A DNA stretch of 64,000 bases, taken from Armatimonadota bacterium (GTDB lineage: Bacteria > Armatimonadota > HRBIN16). Positions 1 through 9,929 of this stretch are shown here, in pieces (position 1 is the first letter of the stretch; each line of letters begins with the position of its first letter). The DNA lies in assembly GCA_963677485.1 (NCBI GenBank), contig OY781964.1, positions 3,840,001-3,904,000 on the forward strand, written 5' to 3'. Below the pieces are notes generated by a model. The model did no database searches. It had not been told where the DNA came from and saw nothing but the letters and a program-made list of their open reading frames with translations. Made by a program: the position numbers and the translations under genes.

Positions 1-579
1 CATCAGGTGTACCATGGCTGTCAGGTAATACGGGCCCATGTCATACATAGGACCGCCACCAACCTTGTAGAAGAACTCTGGGTCTGGATGCCAGTTTTCA
101 GGTCCACGGTGCGGGGCAGGCATGAAGGCGTTAGCACCGATGGGACGGCCTATCCAGCCATCGTCAATCACTTTTCGACAAGTTTGTAAGCCTGCTCCCA
201 GGAATGTGTCAGGAGCACAACCGATCCGCAGCCCCTTTTCTTCAGCCAGCGCGAGGATCTTAATGCCGTCCTCGCGGGTCAATGCCAGAGGCTTTTCGGT
301 GTAGACATGTTTCCCCGCCATTAAGGCCGCTGTAGTGACTGCAAAGTGGGCCTGCGGCACCGTAAGATTGATGATGATCTCGATTTCGGGATTCGCGATG
401 AGTTCTTCGGTGCTGCATGCGATGGGGATGTTAAACTCCGCCGCTCTGGCCTTGGCCTTCTCGAGATTGAGATCGGCGCATGCTATGACATCAACCATAG
501 GTAGTTTGGGACCGTTCGTGAAGTAGATGCCGCTGATGTTGCCGCATCCCACTATTCCGACTTTCATTGCACGTATCAC
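1..579 (-). CDS. Gfo/Idh/MocA family oxidoreductase (3' end outside window)
   Basis: Translated by hand from the minus strand: (V)[18 protein letters not shown] Rossmann start, then [18 protein letters not shown] and [18 protein letters not shown] upstream. Not in the ORF track because it is truncated. Confidence 0.88.
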   Translation of the reverse strand, partial: MIRAMKVGIVGCGNISGIYFTNGPKLPMVDVIACADLNLEKAKARAAEFNIPIACSTEELIANPEIEIIINLTVPQAHFAVTTAALMAGKHVYTEKPLALTREDGIKILALAEEKGLRIGCAPDTFLGAGLQTCRKVIDDGWIGRPIGANAFMPAPHRGPENWHPDPEFFYKVGGGPMYDMGPYYLTAMVHLM

Positions 580-819
580 GATTATGACCTCGCTGGTGTT
601 TATAGGAATGGTACCGGGTTGAGTATGACTCGAATGGGTGCCGATATGCAAGGCAATATTGACTAATCACAGGATAGTCTGCGAAATATGTATTACCGAA
701 TGATATTTCACCGGTAAGCAGGGAATCACCTTTGTTCTGGCGAAATATTAGGCTGGCAGTAGTATACTGCTCACCAATTTCAGAACAACATGATGTGTTC
801 TTGAGTAAGGATGTTTCCA

Positions 820-1605
820 ATGATCGCTTCACAGATCGTTGCGCAGCTCTATACTGTTCGTGACTATATCAAAACCCCACCGGAAATCGCGAAGTCCCTC
901 AAGAAAATACGGGAGATCGGTTATGATGCCGTGCAGGTCAGCGGAATGGGGCCCATCCCTGAAGCTGAGCTGAAATCCATGCTGGACGGCGAAGGGCTGG
1001 TGTGTTGTGCAACGCACGAGGGTGCAGAACGCATCTTGAACGACACGCAGCAGATCGTTGACCGGCTTAACGCGCTCAACTGCCAGCATACCGCTTACCC
1101 GCATCCGGCCAATGTGGACCTCAGCTGCCTGCAGGGTGTGGATGCGCTGGCCTCTCGCCTTGATGCTGCCGGTAAACTGCTGTATGCCCACGGCATGACC
1201 TTGAGCTACCATAACCACCAGATTGAGTTCCGCAAAGTCGGCGGTCAGACGATTTTGTCGCGGCTGATGGAAAAGACAGATCCCCGGTATTTGAAACTCG
1301 AACTGGACACTTACTGGGCTCAGTATGGGGGCGGTGACCCCGTGACATGGTGCCAACAAAGTAATGGCCGGTTGCCGTTACTGCACCTAAAGGATTACGA
1401 AATCGGTGAGGACAACCAGCCGCGATTCGCAAGCATCGGCCGAGGCAACCTGGACTGGCATCGCATCATCGTCGCTGCTGAGGCATCCGGCTGCCAGTGG
1501 TTTATCGTGGAGCAAGATACCTGTCCTGGCGACCCATTTGATGCGCTAAAGCAGAGTTATGAATATCTATCGGCGACATTCTGTTCAAAAGAGGTGGAGA
1601 TGTGA
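820..1605 (+). CDS. Sugar phosphate isomerase/epimerase (AP_endonuc_2 TIM barrel)
   Basis: AQLYTVRD, YHNHQIEF, ELDTYW, LHLKD and IVEQD motifs. Start at 811 or 820. Confidence 0.88.
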   Translation: MIASQIVAQLYTVRDYIKTPPEIAKSLKKIREIGYDAVQVSGMGPIPEAELKSMLDGEGLVCCATHEGAERILNDTQQIVDRLNALNCQHTAYPHPANVDLSCLQGVDALASRLDAAGKLLYAHGMTLSYHNHQIEFRKVGGQTILSRLMEKTDPRYLKLELDTYWAQYGGGDPVTWCQQSNGRLPLLHLKDYEIGEDNQPRFASIGRGNLDWHRIIVAAEASGCQWFIVEQDTCPGDPFDALKQSYEYLSATFCSKEVEM

Positions 1606-2789
1606 GTATGAAGGAAGTACGTTTAGGTATCATTGGCTTCGGAACGATGGGGCAGGGTCATGCCTGTAATGTGCGCGATGGCAAGGTGGCACGTTGCCGT
1701 ATTACCGCCATATGCGACCTGGTTCCCGAAAAGATGGAGACCTGGGGTGCAAAGCCATACACCCTGCGTACCGCCCGTCAACCCGGCGAAGAAGAGGAAC
1801 TGATTGAAGGGCCTCCCATCAATGCGAAGCACTACACCGACTATAGAGAGCTGATCGCCAGCGGCGAGGTAGATGCTGTGCTGATCGCGACTCCGCATTA
1901 TGACCATACCACGGTAGGCATCGCTGCATTGAATGCAGGTCTTCATGTGATGGTCGAAAAGCCGATCTCAGTCGACAAGTATGATGCTCAGAAGCTGGCG
2001 GCAGCGCACAAGAACCCGAACCAGGTGTTCGCAGCGATGTTCAACCAACGAACCAATCCGATGTACCAAAGGCTTCGCTCGATGATGCAGAACGACGAAT
2101 TGGGCGAATTTGTGCGTGTGAACTGGATCGTATCCAACTGGTTCCGCACAGAGGCCTATTACTCATCTGGGGGCTGGCGGGCCACCTGGGTCGGAGAAGG
2201 CGGCGGCGTGCTGTTGAATCAGTGCCCGCATAACTTGGACTTGCTGCAGTGGATATGCGGAATGCCCAGCGCGTTGACTGCTAATTGCGGGTTCGGCGTC
2301 AAGCATAACATCGAAGTGGAAGATGAGGTGACGGTGAGCCTGGAGTATCCCAACGGGGCCACCGGAGTGTTTGTCACCAGTACCGGCGAATGGCCGGGAG
2401 CTAACCGACTAGAGGTAGTGGGTGACAAAGGCAAGGTGGTAATCGAGGACGGCAAGTTTGATGTCTGGATGAATGAAGTCGGCGCTGCTGAGTTCTCTCG
2501 CACCACCGACCAAGGGTTTGGTGCTCCTCCATGTCACCATGAGACGCTGGATATCCCCTCTAGCGGTGGAGAGCATGTGGAGACACTGACCATCTTCGTG
2601 GATGCGATTCTAGATGGTAAACCGCTGCTCGCTCACGCAGAAGAGGGTATCAACAGCGTGGAACTGGCCAATGCGATGATCTGGAGCGGTTTGACGAAGC
2701 AGCGCGTTGCACTACCAATCGATGCAGACGGATATCATGAGGTGCTTGCTCAACTGAAGGATGGCCGTTTGAAGAGCAAGGAGGCTTAG
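1602..2789 (+). CDS. Gfo/Idh/MocA family oxidoreductase
   Basis: RLGIIGFGTMG, IATPHYDH, EKP and GGGVLLNQCPHNLD motifs. Overlaps the upstream stop (GTGA). Confidence 0.92.
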   Translation: MSMKEVRLGIIGFGTMGQGHACNVRDGKVARCRITAICDLVPEKMETWGAKPYTLRTARQPGEEEELIEGPPINAKHYTDYRELIASGEVDAVLIATPHYDHTTVGIAALNAGLHVMVEKPISVDKYDAQKLAAAHKNPNQVFAAMFNQRTNPMYQRLRSMMQNDELGEFVRVNWIVSNWFRTEAYYSSGGWRATWVGEGGGVLLNQCPHNLDLLQWICGMPSALTANCGFGVKHNIEVEDEVTVSLEYPNGATGVFVTSTGEWPGANRLEVVGDKGKVVIEDGKFDVWMNEVGAAEFSRTTDQGFGAPPCHHETLDIPSSGGEHVETLTIFVDAILDGKPLLAHAEEGINSVELANAMIWSGLTKQRVALPIDADGYHEVLAQLKDGRLKSKEA

Positions 2790-3659
2790 ATGTATTTCAC
2801 CGGTTTTGCCGATGAAGCCTCGTTCGAGCTAGCTGGTCAGATTGCCGTTACAAAGCAGCTAGGCTGGGGAAATATCGAGGCGCGCGGGATCACCCGTATC
2901 AACATCCATGACCTGTGCGACGAACACTTCGAGGCTGTGGCGCAGGCCCTTGATGAAGCGGGCATCAAGGTGAACTGCTTTGGCAGTGCGATAGCCAACT
3001 GGGCTCACAGCATTGAGGAGCCGTTTGAGGTCACCGAGCAGCAGATTGAGCGGACCATTCCGCGTATGCAGCGGTTGAACAGCAAGCTGATACGAATCAT
3101 GAGCTATGCCGTGTTACCGGACCGCGATGTGGATGATCAGATGGAGCAGGAGCGGTTCGCGCGGCTGCGCATTATCACCAACCGCTTCCTTGAGGCTGAT
3201 ATTCAGCCTGTTCACGAGAACTGCATGAACTATGGTGGTATGGGCTGGGTATACACGCTGCGCCTGATACAGAATGTGCCCGGCTTGAAGCTGGTTTACG
3301 ACACCGGTAATCCGGTGTTTACGGTGGATCGAACAAAGCCTCAGCCTTACCCGCAGCAGAGCAGTTGGGATTTCTACCGTCATGTCAAAGATCATATCGC
3401 CTATATCCACATTAAGGATGGCACGTTTGATCAAACCACAGGGCGGCCGGTGTTCAGCTTCCCAGGCGAAGGGTTCGGTGATGTTCGACGCATTCTGGCC
3501 GATCTACTCGCCTCTGGCTACAACGGGGGCATATCTATCGAACCGCACATGGTCAGCGTGGCGCACGAACCGTCTGACGCAGATAATGAGGCGATGTATA
3601 ACAACTACCTGGAGTATGGCCAGCGCATCATGAAGATGGTGGATGAGTTGCAGAGATAG
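2790..3659 (+). CDS. Sugar phosphate isomerase/epimerase (TIM barrel)
   Basis: TGFADE, HEN, YDTGN, HIKD and SIEPH motifs. Abuts the upstream gene. Confidence 0.88.
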   Translation: MYFTGFADEASFELAGQIAVTKQLGWGNIEARGITRINIHDLCDEHFEAVAQALDEAGIKVNCFGSAIANWAHSIEEPFEVTEQQIERTIPRMQRLNSKLIRIMSYAVLPDRDVDDQMEQERFARLRIITNRFLEADIQPVHENCMNYGGMGWVYTLRLIQNVPGLKLVYDTGNPVFTVDRTKPQPYPQQSSWDFYRHVKDHIAYIHIKDGTFDQTTGRPVFSFPGEGFGDVRRILADLLASGYNGGISIEPHMVSVAHEPSDADNEAMYNNYLEYGQRIMKMVDELQR

Positions 3660-3691
3660 GGCTAGTGCGTGTTTGACTATCAGATCGCTAA

Positions 3692-3722
3692 GAGGCCGAG
3701 ATGGGATATCCCACTTGGCCTC
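3692..3722 (+). terminator. Stem-loop after the oxidoreductase/isomerase operon
   Basis: GAGGCCGAG-A-TGGGA / TCCCA-CTTGGCCTC inverted repeat about 30 bp after the stop. No strong U-tract. Confidence 0.45.
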
Positions 3723-3799
3723 AATTCATGCGCTTACGGCGTATACACAAACAAGCACCAGCCCGTGGCGGAACGGCTGCCCAAGCTGCAACTGATACT

Positions 3800-3886
3800 G
3801 TCGTAGGGGCGTCCCTTGTGAGCGCCCTAATCGGTGTCCATTCGATAGTTCATTTTTAGGGCGCCCACAAGGGACGCCCCTACGAC
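3800..3886. repeat. GTAG-family REP doublet (REPIN-like)
   Basis: GTCGTAGGGGCGTCCCTTGTGAGCGCCCTAA followed by its near-perfect inverted copy. Related doublet at 54748-54830. Confidence 0.85.
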
Positions 3887-3909
3887 CAGTCACCTACAAG
3901 AGGTAAAAC

Positions 3910-5043
3910 ATGCAATTGAACGAACTACGGGTTCAGGATGCGGCAACGCGCACCTACCTGGGCAGCCCGAGCCTGGTGAGACTGCCAGATGGCGCACTTC
4001 TGGCGACACACGATTACTTCGGTAAAGGGTGCCCACGGAACCACGAAAATGAGGAGCATCTCACCAGTGTCTACCGGTCAGATGACGATGGACTCAGCTG
4101 GCGGAACCTTACCCATATCGCCAATGCCTATTGGAGCTCGTTGTTTGTCAACCGCAGGGCTGTCTATTTGCTGGGGTGTTCGCAGCAGTACGGCTCGATT
4201 GTGATCCGGCGCAGCGACGATGGCGGTTACACCTGGAGCCACCCGACAGATAGCCATACGGGGTTGTTGTTCAAAGGCGGCTATTTCCATGAGGCCCCTA
4301 ACTACCATTGCGCCCCTGTGCCCATACTGAACCACAAAGGGCGCCTCTACCGTGCCTTTGAAGATTGCGATCCATGCGTGTGGGGCAGCGGCTTCAGGTC
4401 CTGCGTCGTATCCATCGCCGACACCGCAGACTTGCTGGAGGCTGACAACTGGAGCATGAGCAACAAACTGGCCTTCGACCCAGCCTGGCTTCCTAAAGAG
4501 TGGGGCGAGATACCCATACCCGGTTGGCTGGAAGGGAACTGCGTGGCGACCCCGACCGGCGAGATATGGAACATCTTGCGCTTCAATTCGGCACCACACG
4601 ACGATATAGTTGCTGTCATCAACGTGACCGATGCCGGAAAGACAGTTGCATTCAACCCTGAGACAGGATTTATCAGCTTCCCCGGAGGAATGACCAAGTT
4701 TACGATCAGGCGCGATCCCCTCACAGGCAGCTACCTGACACTGACGAATCCGCGGACCGACACGGCCGTTTTTGGTCAGAATCAACGCAACCGGCTGGTG
4801 TTGTGCGCATCAGATGACCTGCTGCAGTGGCGCGAGGTGAAGCTGTTGATGGAGGACGATCTGGGGTATGACGAGAGGCAGTCACGGCGGTCGACAGGCT
4901 TTCAGTATGTGGACTGGCAGTTTGACGGCGAAGATATCATCTACCTGGTTCGGACCGCATATGACGGTGCTCATAACTACCATGATTCTAACAGGATCAC
5001 CTTTCACAGATTGGCGGGCTTTCGGAGGCTTATCGTGCAGTAA
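3910..5043 (+). CDS. BNR/Asp-box sialidase-family beta-propeller protein
   Basis: Asp-boxes YRSDDDGLSW, RRSDDGGYTW and ASDDLLQW, plus GWLEGN and FQYVDW motifs. Confidence 0.8.
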   Translation: MQLNELRVQDAATRTYLGSPSLVRLPDGALLATHDYFGKGCPRNHENEEHLTSVYRSDDDGLSWRNLTHIANAYWSSLFVNRRAVYLLGCSQQYGSIVIRRSDDGGYTWSHPTDSHTGLLFKGGYFHEAPNYHCAPVPILNHKGRLYRAFEDCDPCVWGSGFRSCVVSIADTADLLEADNWSMSNKLAFDPAWLPKEWGEIPIPGWLEGNCVATPTGEIWNILRFNSAPHDDIVAVINVTDAGKTVAFNPETGFISFPGGMTKFTIRRDPLTGSYLTLTNPRTDTAVFGQNQRNRLVLCASDDLLQWREVKLLMEDDLGYDERQSRRSTGFQYVDWQFDGEDIIYLVRTAYDGAHNYHDSNRITFHRLAGFRRLIVQ

Positions 5044-5109
5044 TCGGATGATCTCGTCTTCGTGTGTAATGCACCGGATGTGGACTGTATAGCTGGTAGT
5101 TTTGCGGGG

Positions 5110-5139
5110 TTGACATATTGTTCGATATTCGTTCATAAT
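5110..5139 (+). promoter_or_regulatory. Candidate sigma70 promoter for the IPT/TIG surface proteins
   Basis: TTGACA-N18-CATAAT upstream of the 5224 CDS. Confidence 0.45.
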
Positions 5140-5223
5140 AGGTGCATTAAGGTGATGAAGTGTATGATGGTGTACTCCTAGCTGCCATATAATGCATCGC
5201 TATACACAATACAGGAGATCGAC

Positions 5224-7149
5224 ATGAACAGGATATTGACATCGCTGTCATCAGTATGGCGCATGGTCGTGGCATTATCTGTAATGGTGATGCCTACATA
5301 CGCAGCCAGTCCTGCGATCACCTCCTTCTCGCCAACGAGTGGAGCCGCTGGCGTAGAAGTGATCCTCACCGGCACGAACTTCACGGGAGCGACTTCGGTG
5401 CAATTCCATGGAGTGTCAGCGGGCTTCACCTTGCGTAATTCGACCTCAATTGCCACTGTCGTCCCTGAGAAAGCCACCACAGGGGAGATTAAAGTGATAT
5501 CGCCTAGTGGAACGGCCACTAGCGCGACTAACTTCACTGTCTTGCCGACGATAACTAGCTTTTCCCCATCTTCAGGCATTGTGGGAGATTCCGTCACCGT
5601 ATCAGGAACGGCATTTCTCGGTGCTACGGCAGTGAAATTCAACGGGGTAACGGCCACTTTCAATGTGTCAGACTACAAAACTATACTGGCCACTGTGCCT
5701 GTTGGTGCCGAGACAGGCAAGATATCGGTGACAACACCGAGCGGATCGGCAACGAGCGTAACGAACTTCAAAGTAAAGCCGGTCATCAGTTCGTTTGCTC
5801 CCGAATCTGGCAAAGTAGGGGCTTCCGTCTCGATCACGGGCGCTAGTTTCACCGGCGCGACTGCAGTGAAATTCAATGGTATCACAGCGAGCTTTACCGT
5901 CAACAGTGCTACATCCATCACCAGCACTGTACCACTGGGAGCCACGACCGGGAAGATCACCGTGACCACCGGTAGCGGCACCGCCACGAGCAATGCAGAC
6001 TTTCCCGTGCTGCCGACTATTACCTCTTTTACGCCCTCCAGCGGCCAAATCGGATCAGAGGTAACCATCACAGGTATGAACTTTACGGGAGCGACCGAGG
6101 TGACCTTCCGAGCGTACCATGCGAGCTATACGGTCATCAATGACACAACGATCATTGCTTATGTGCCTGTTCAATCCACTACCGGTAAAGTCGCCGTGAC
6201 TACGCCAGCAGGCCATACCTTAAGCGACATCGAATTTACGGTGGTGGAAGGCACAAAAATCACCTCGTTTACGCCCACTAGTGGTATAGCTGGCCAGTCT
6301 GTGGTCATCACTGGTCTCCAATTCAATGTCGTGACGGGTGTCAATTTCAACATTTACCCAGCTCAGTCCTACACGATTAATAGTGATACTCAGATAACCG
6401 CAGTCGTGCCTGCCAACGCGACGACAGGAAAGATAAACCTGGATATCCCTCATGCTTCTAAATCAAGCCCAGCCACATTCACTGTCTTGCCGACGATCAC
6501 CTCATTTACACCGGCAAGTGGAAAACCGGGTGACACTGTGGTCATACAGGGTACTGCTTTCGTTAATGTACTAGGGGTGAAGTTCAACGATATCGCTGCT
6601 GCCAGCTGGTCGCGTAATAGCAACACTTCTGTCAATGCCGTGGTACCCGTAGGTGCCGGAACGGGTAAGATACAGATCACGACCCAGGATGGAGTGGCTA
6701 TCAGTGATACCGGTTTTGTGGGGTATGATCCCGCGCAGCTTGAACTATCCGTTGATCTAGGAGCCGAATTCATAGGCGCTCCGAACCAGGTCCAACTGAA
6801 CTATATTCTAAGCGGGCCTCAGGAATATAACGGTGTGCTGCCGATGGATGGCGGAGGGATAGCTCTTCTTACGGATCTTCAGCCAGGTAATTACAAACTG
6901 ACGATATTTGGGAACCACTGGCTCAAACGCGTGGTATCTGGCCTCAACATAGATGGGTTCCTCCATGAGAACATCGCCTTAGCGAATGGCGATGCTGACG
7001 GAGATAGTCAAGTGAACCTGTTCGACTTCGTGGTGCTGGATATCAACTTTAACAAGGCTCACGCCATGGCTGATTTGGATGGCAACGGAGCCGTAAACCT
7101 GTTCGACTATGTGATCATCGACCAGAATTTCGGTGCTCAAGGAGACTAG
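5224..7149 (+). CDS. Secreted protein with about six IPT/TIG repeats and a C-terminal dockerin-like module
   Basis: Signal peptide, repeated P-x-ITSFxPxSG...VxFNG...VPxGAxTGKI units, and paired GDADGDSQVNLFD / ADLDGNGAVNLFD Ca-binding loops. Confidence 0.88.
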   Translation: MNRILTSLSSVWRMVVALSVMVMPTYAASPAITSFSPTSGAAGVEVILTGTNFTGATSVQFHGVSAGFTLRNSTSIATVVPEKATTGEIKVISPSGTATSATNFTVLPTITSFSPSSGIVGDSVTVSGTAFLGATAVKFNGVTATFNVSDYKTILATVPVGAETGKISVTTPSGSATSVTNFKVKPVISSFAPESGKVGASVSITGASFTGATAVKFNGITASFTVNSATSITSTVPLGATTGKITVTTGSGTATSNADFPVLPTITSFTPSSGQIGSEVTITGMNFTGATEVTFRAYHASYTVINDTTIIAYVPVQSTTGKVAVTTPAGHTLSDIEFTVVEGTKITSFTPTSGIAGQSVVITGLQFNVVTGVNFNIYPAQSYTINSDTQITAVVPANATTGKINLDIPHASKSSPATFTVLPTITSFTPASGKPGDTVVIQGTAFVNVLGVKFNDIAAASWSRNSNTSVNAVVPVGAGTGKIQITTQDGVAISDTGFVGYDPAQLELSVDLGAEFIGAPNQVQLNYILSGPQEYNGVLPMDGGGIALLTDLQPGNYKLTIFGNHWLKRVVSGLNIDGFLHENIALANGDADGDSQVNLFDFVVLDINFNKAHAMADLDGNGAVNLFDYVIIDQNFGAQGD

Positions 7150-7256
7150 TAGAAATTCTACAAATCCATGGGTGTCATGCATTCATGATCTAGGTGGCAA
7201 GCTGCAGTAGCACTCTTGCCACGATGGCATTATTTGCGTAGTAAAGGAGTGTAATT

Positions 7257-8318
7257 ATGCGTCATATACATTCTGCGGCCTTATCTGGCTTGATAACGCT
7301 GCTGTGCTTGCTTTCTTTTTCGATGGTTACCAGTGCCGTCACCATATATCCTGACCTGACCGGTGTATGGGAAACCACCTGTAACGGCCATTGGGGATAT
7401 ACCAATATCACGTCGCAAAGCGGGGCGTCATTTTCTGGAACGACGCTTGATAACCCCCTAATCAATGGCTTTATCAGCGGCCGAACGGTCTCCTATACCC
7501 GTGACATTGGCACCATACACCAGGATTACGTGGGAACACTGACCATAGATGCAGTTGGTAATGCTGCGATGTCAGGCACCTTCACACAGAATGATACCGG
7601 CCAATGGAACTGGACAGCGGCCAAACGCGACCCAATCCGTGAGGTTACTGCTCCCACGGTATCCTCTTTCACTCCGGGAAATGGAGCGGCTGGTCATACC
7701 ATCACGATCAATGGAACCAACCTGCAATGGGTATTTCGTGTTTCGTTCAATGGCACAGTTTCTTCTTCGGTTTCAATCAACAGCGATACTTCCATCACCG
7801 CAATAGTGCCTACCGGGGCTACGACGGGCAAGATCGCAGTCACATCTGCCGGTGGGACTGGCACTAGTGCAGATGACTTCGCTGTGTATGAGGCCGCTCA
7901 ATTGGAAGTGATGCTCGATCTTGGGGCGGAATACATTGGCGATCCAGGTCAGGTTCAGTTGAACTACACCCTGGTTGGTCCCCAGACTTACAATGGTGTT
8001 CTGCCGATATTTGGCGGAATTGGGTTGCTGGTCGATTTAGAGCCCGGCACTTACACGCTGACACTGTCTGGCAGCCACTGGCTTACGCGGGTCGTTAAGG
8101 ACATCGTTGTTGAAGGCGTCAAGCTGGTGAATGTCTCACTGGTGAATGGCGACTCCGATGGCGACAACCAGGTAAACCTGTTTGACTTCGTGGTGCTGGA
8201 CATCAACTTCGGCAAGGCACACGCCATGGCTGACCTGGATGGCAGCGGCACCGTCAACCTGTTCGACTACGTGATCATAGACACCAACTTCGGGGCGCAA
8301 GCAGACATCTCACCATAG
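7257..8318 (+). CDS. Secreted protein with one IPT/TIG domain and the same C-terminal dockerin-like module
   Basis: Signal peptide and PTVSSFTPGNG IPT unit. The C-terminal ~140 aa are closely similar to those of the upstream protein. Confidence 0.85.
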   Translation: MRHIHSAALSGLITLLCLLSFSMVTSAVTIYPDLTGVWETTCNGHWGYTNITSQSGASFSGTTLDNPLINGFISGRTVSYTRDIGTIHQDYVGTLTIDAVGNAAMSGTFTQNDTGQWNWTAAKRDPIREVTAPTVSSFTPGNGAAGHTITINGTNLQWVFRVSFNGTVSSSVSINSDTSITAIVPTGATTGKIAVTSAGGTGTSADDFAVYEAAQLEVMLDLGAEYIGDPGQVQLNYTLVGPQTYNGVLPIFGGIGLLVDLEPGTYTLTLSGSHWLTRVVKDIVVEGVKLVNVSLVNGDSDGDNQVNLFDFVVLDINFGKAHAMADLDGSGTVNLFDYVIIDTNFGAQADISP

Positions 8319-8354
8319 CCGGTATGGTTCGTGTTTGGCTGATGTCATACGGAC

Positions 8355-8384
8355 ACTGCGCTGGTGTGTGAGCACCGGCGCAGT
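8355..8384 (+). terminator. Probable intrinsic terminator
   Basis: ACTGCGCTGGTG / CACCGGCGCAGT stem followed by ATGTTT. Confidence 0.5.
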
Positions 8385-8521
8385 ATGTTTCAGGACGAAA
8401 CTACAGGCGTAAGGAAACCTTGGCCTACTATATTTTATATAATGTTAATTGACGCAAGTAATGCCGAGTGTAAAATCCACGACGCACGCCGCGTCAGATT
8501 GTTGTTGGAGTGTGCCTTCGT

Positions 8522-8986
8522 ATGAGCGCGGCTGTGTTTTCTGAGATGACCGATCAGCATCGCAGAGGTATCTCAGTCACACTGGTGATGCTCGATCAGA
8601 ACCTTTGCAGAATCGCGCGCTGGGCTGAAGGTCGCGAAGCGCAGTCTGTGATGTTTGAAGAGCGTAACGAATTACGCCCGGAACAACGCACGCTACTGCT
8701 GGAACAGGTCGCGGAACTTCGAACCAAAATCGCTCAGATCAAAGAGTGCTGTGGCCTGAAAGAAGAGGCTGCCAGCGTGGTGAACAGCATATTCACCATC
8801 TGTTTTGGGCTCAGAGATGATCTGGTGGACCTTGAGCCTACTTTTATGAGGCGGTATGGCGAGCTCAGTTCAGAGCTTGCCGAGTTCTTGGATGGTGCGT
8901 CCAAGGAGATTCTACAGAAGATGGACGGGCTAGCCAGCATTGTAAAAAACCGCAGCCTTGTCGAAAACCAAGCTGAGAGGGAATAG
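8522..8986 (+). CDS. Hypothetical helical protein
   Basis: ORF abutting thrB, preceded by a TTGACG-N16-TAAAAT promoter candidate (8449-8476). Start at 8510, 8522 or later is uncertain. Confidence 0.65.
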   Translation: MSAAVFSEMTDQHRRGISVTLVMLDQNLCRIARWAEGREAQSVMFEERNELRPEQRTLLLEQVAELRTKIAQIKECCGLKEEAASVVNSIFTICFGLRDDLVDLEPTFMRRYGELSSELAEFLDGASKEILQKMDGLASIVKNRSLVENQAERE

Positions 8987-9922
8987 ATGATATCAGTACG
9001 AATACCTGCAACCTCCGCCAACCTAGGGCCAGCTTTTGACTGCATGGGTGTGGCACTGGACTTGTGGAACACATTTGAACTTCGGCGGCAAGGCCCGGCA
9101 GGTCAGGTGGCTGTGCGCACCCTGGGCGAGGGCGAAGATCGGCTTCCTGGTGACGAAACGAACCTGATCGTGACCATCATCAAGCACGAACTAGGGGCGA
9201 TGTATAGTCAGCTTCCTCACGGTTTGCACATCGCGTGCTATAACAGCGTGCCCTGTGCCAGCGGTCTGGGCAGTAGCTCGACGGCGGTACTGGCCGGGAT
9301 CATCTTCGCTGAGGCGTTGCGGTTAACCCCGCACAATGAGGATTTCGACCCGGACTGCATCGACATGCAGTTGGTGCTTCAACGCGCCCTTGAGGTAGAG
9401 GGGCACGGCGATAATGTGGGCCCAGCGCTGAAAGGTGGCGTCGCTCTGATCATGCCCGACAAAGAGGGCATTGTGGCGCAGCAGATGGAATTTACACCTT
9501 TCCGAGTGACGGTGTGTGTGCCCGATTTTAACTACCTCACGGAAACGGCACGAGCCCGCCTGCCCAAAGAGATTCCTTACCGTGATGCGGTGTTTAACAT
9601 CGGTCATGCGATGCTGACAGCCCAGGCTCTGCGATTTGGCGACATGGAGCTGTTGCAAAAGGCTATGCGTGACAAACTGCATGAACCATACCGAATCCCC
9701 GACATCCCCGGTGCAAATGAAGCCCGTCGGGCTGCTCTGGATGCCAATGCGGTGGCCGTCGCGTTGTCTGGTGCAGGACCTGGCTTGATCGCATTCGCTG
9801 CCGAAGGCCATGCGGCTATTGGCAAGGCGATGAGCGAGGCGTTTGGCAAGGCCGGCTTGGTGGCTCGCTGGTGGGCTATCGACGCGGTTGAGTCCGGGCT
9901 CAGCGTCCGCAGACTACCGTAA
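8987..9922 (+). CDS. thrB: Homoserine kinase
   Basis: VRIPATSANLGPAFD, GLGSS, EGHGDN, DKLHEPYR and LSGAGP motifs. Confidence 0.95.
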   Translation: MISVRIPATSANLGPAFDCMGVALDLWNTFELRRQGPAGQVAVRTLGEGEDRLPGDETNLIVTIIKHELGAMYSQLPHGLHIACYNSVPCASGLGSSSTAVLAGIIFAEALRLTPHNEDFDPDCIDMQLVLQRALEVEGHGDNVGPALKGGVALIMPDKEGIVAQQMEFTPFRVTVCVPDFNYLTETARARLPKEIPYRDAVFNIGHAMLTAQALRFGDMELLQKAMRDKLHEPYRIPDIPGANEARRAALDANAVAVALSGAGPGLIAFAAEGHAAIGKAMSEAFGKAGLVARWWAIDAVESGLSVRRLP

Positions 9923-9929
9923 GCCGTCG

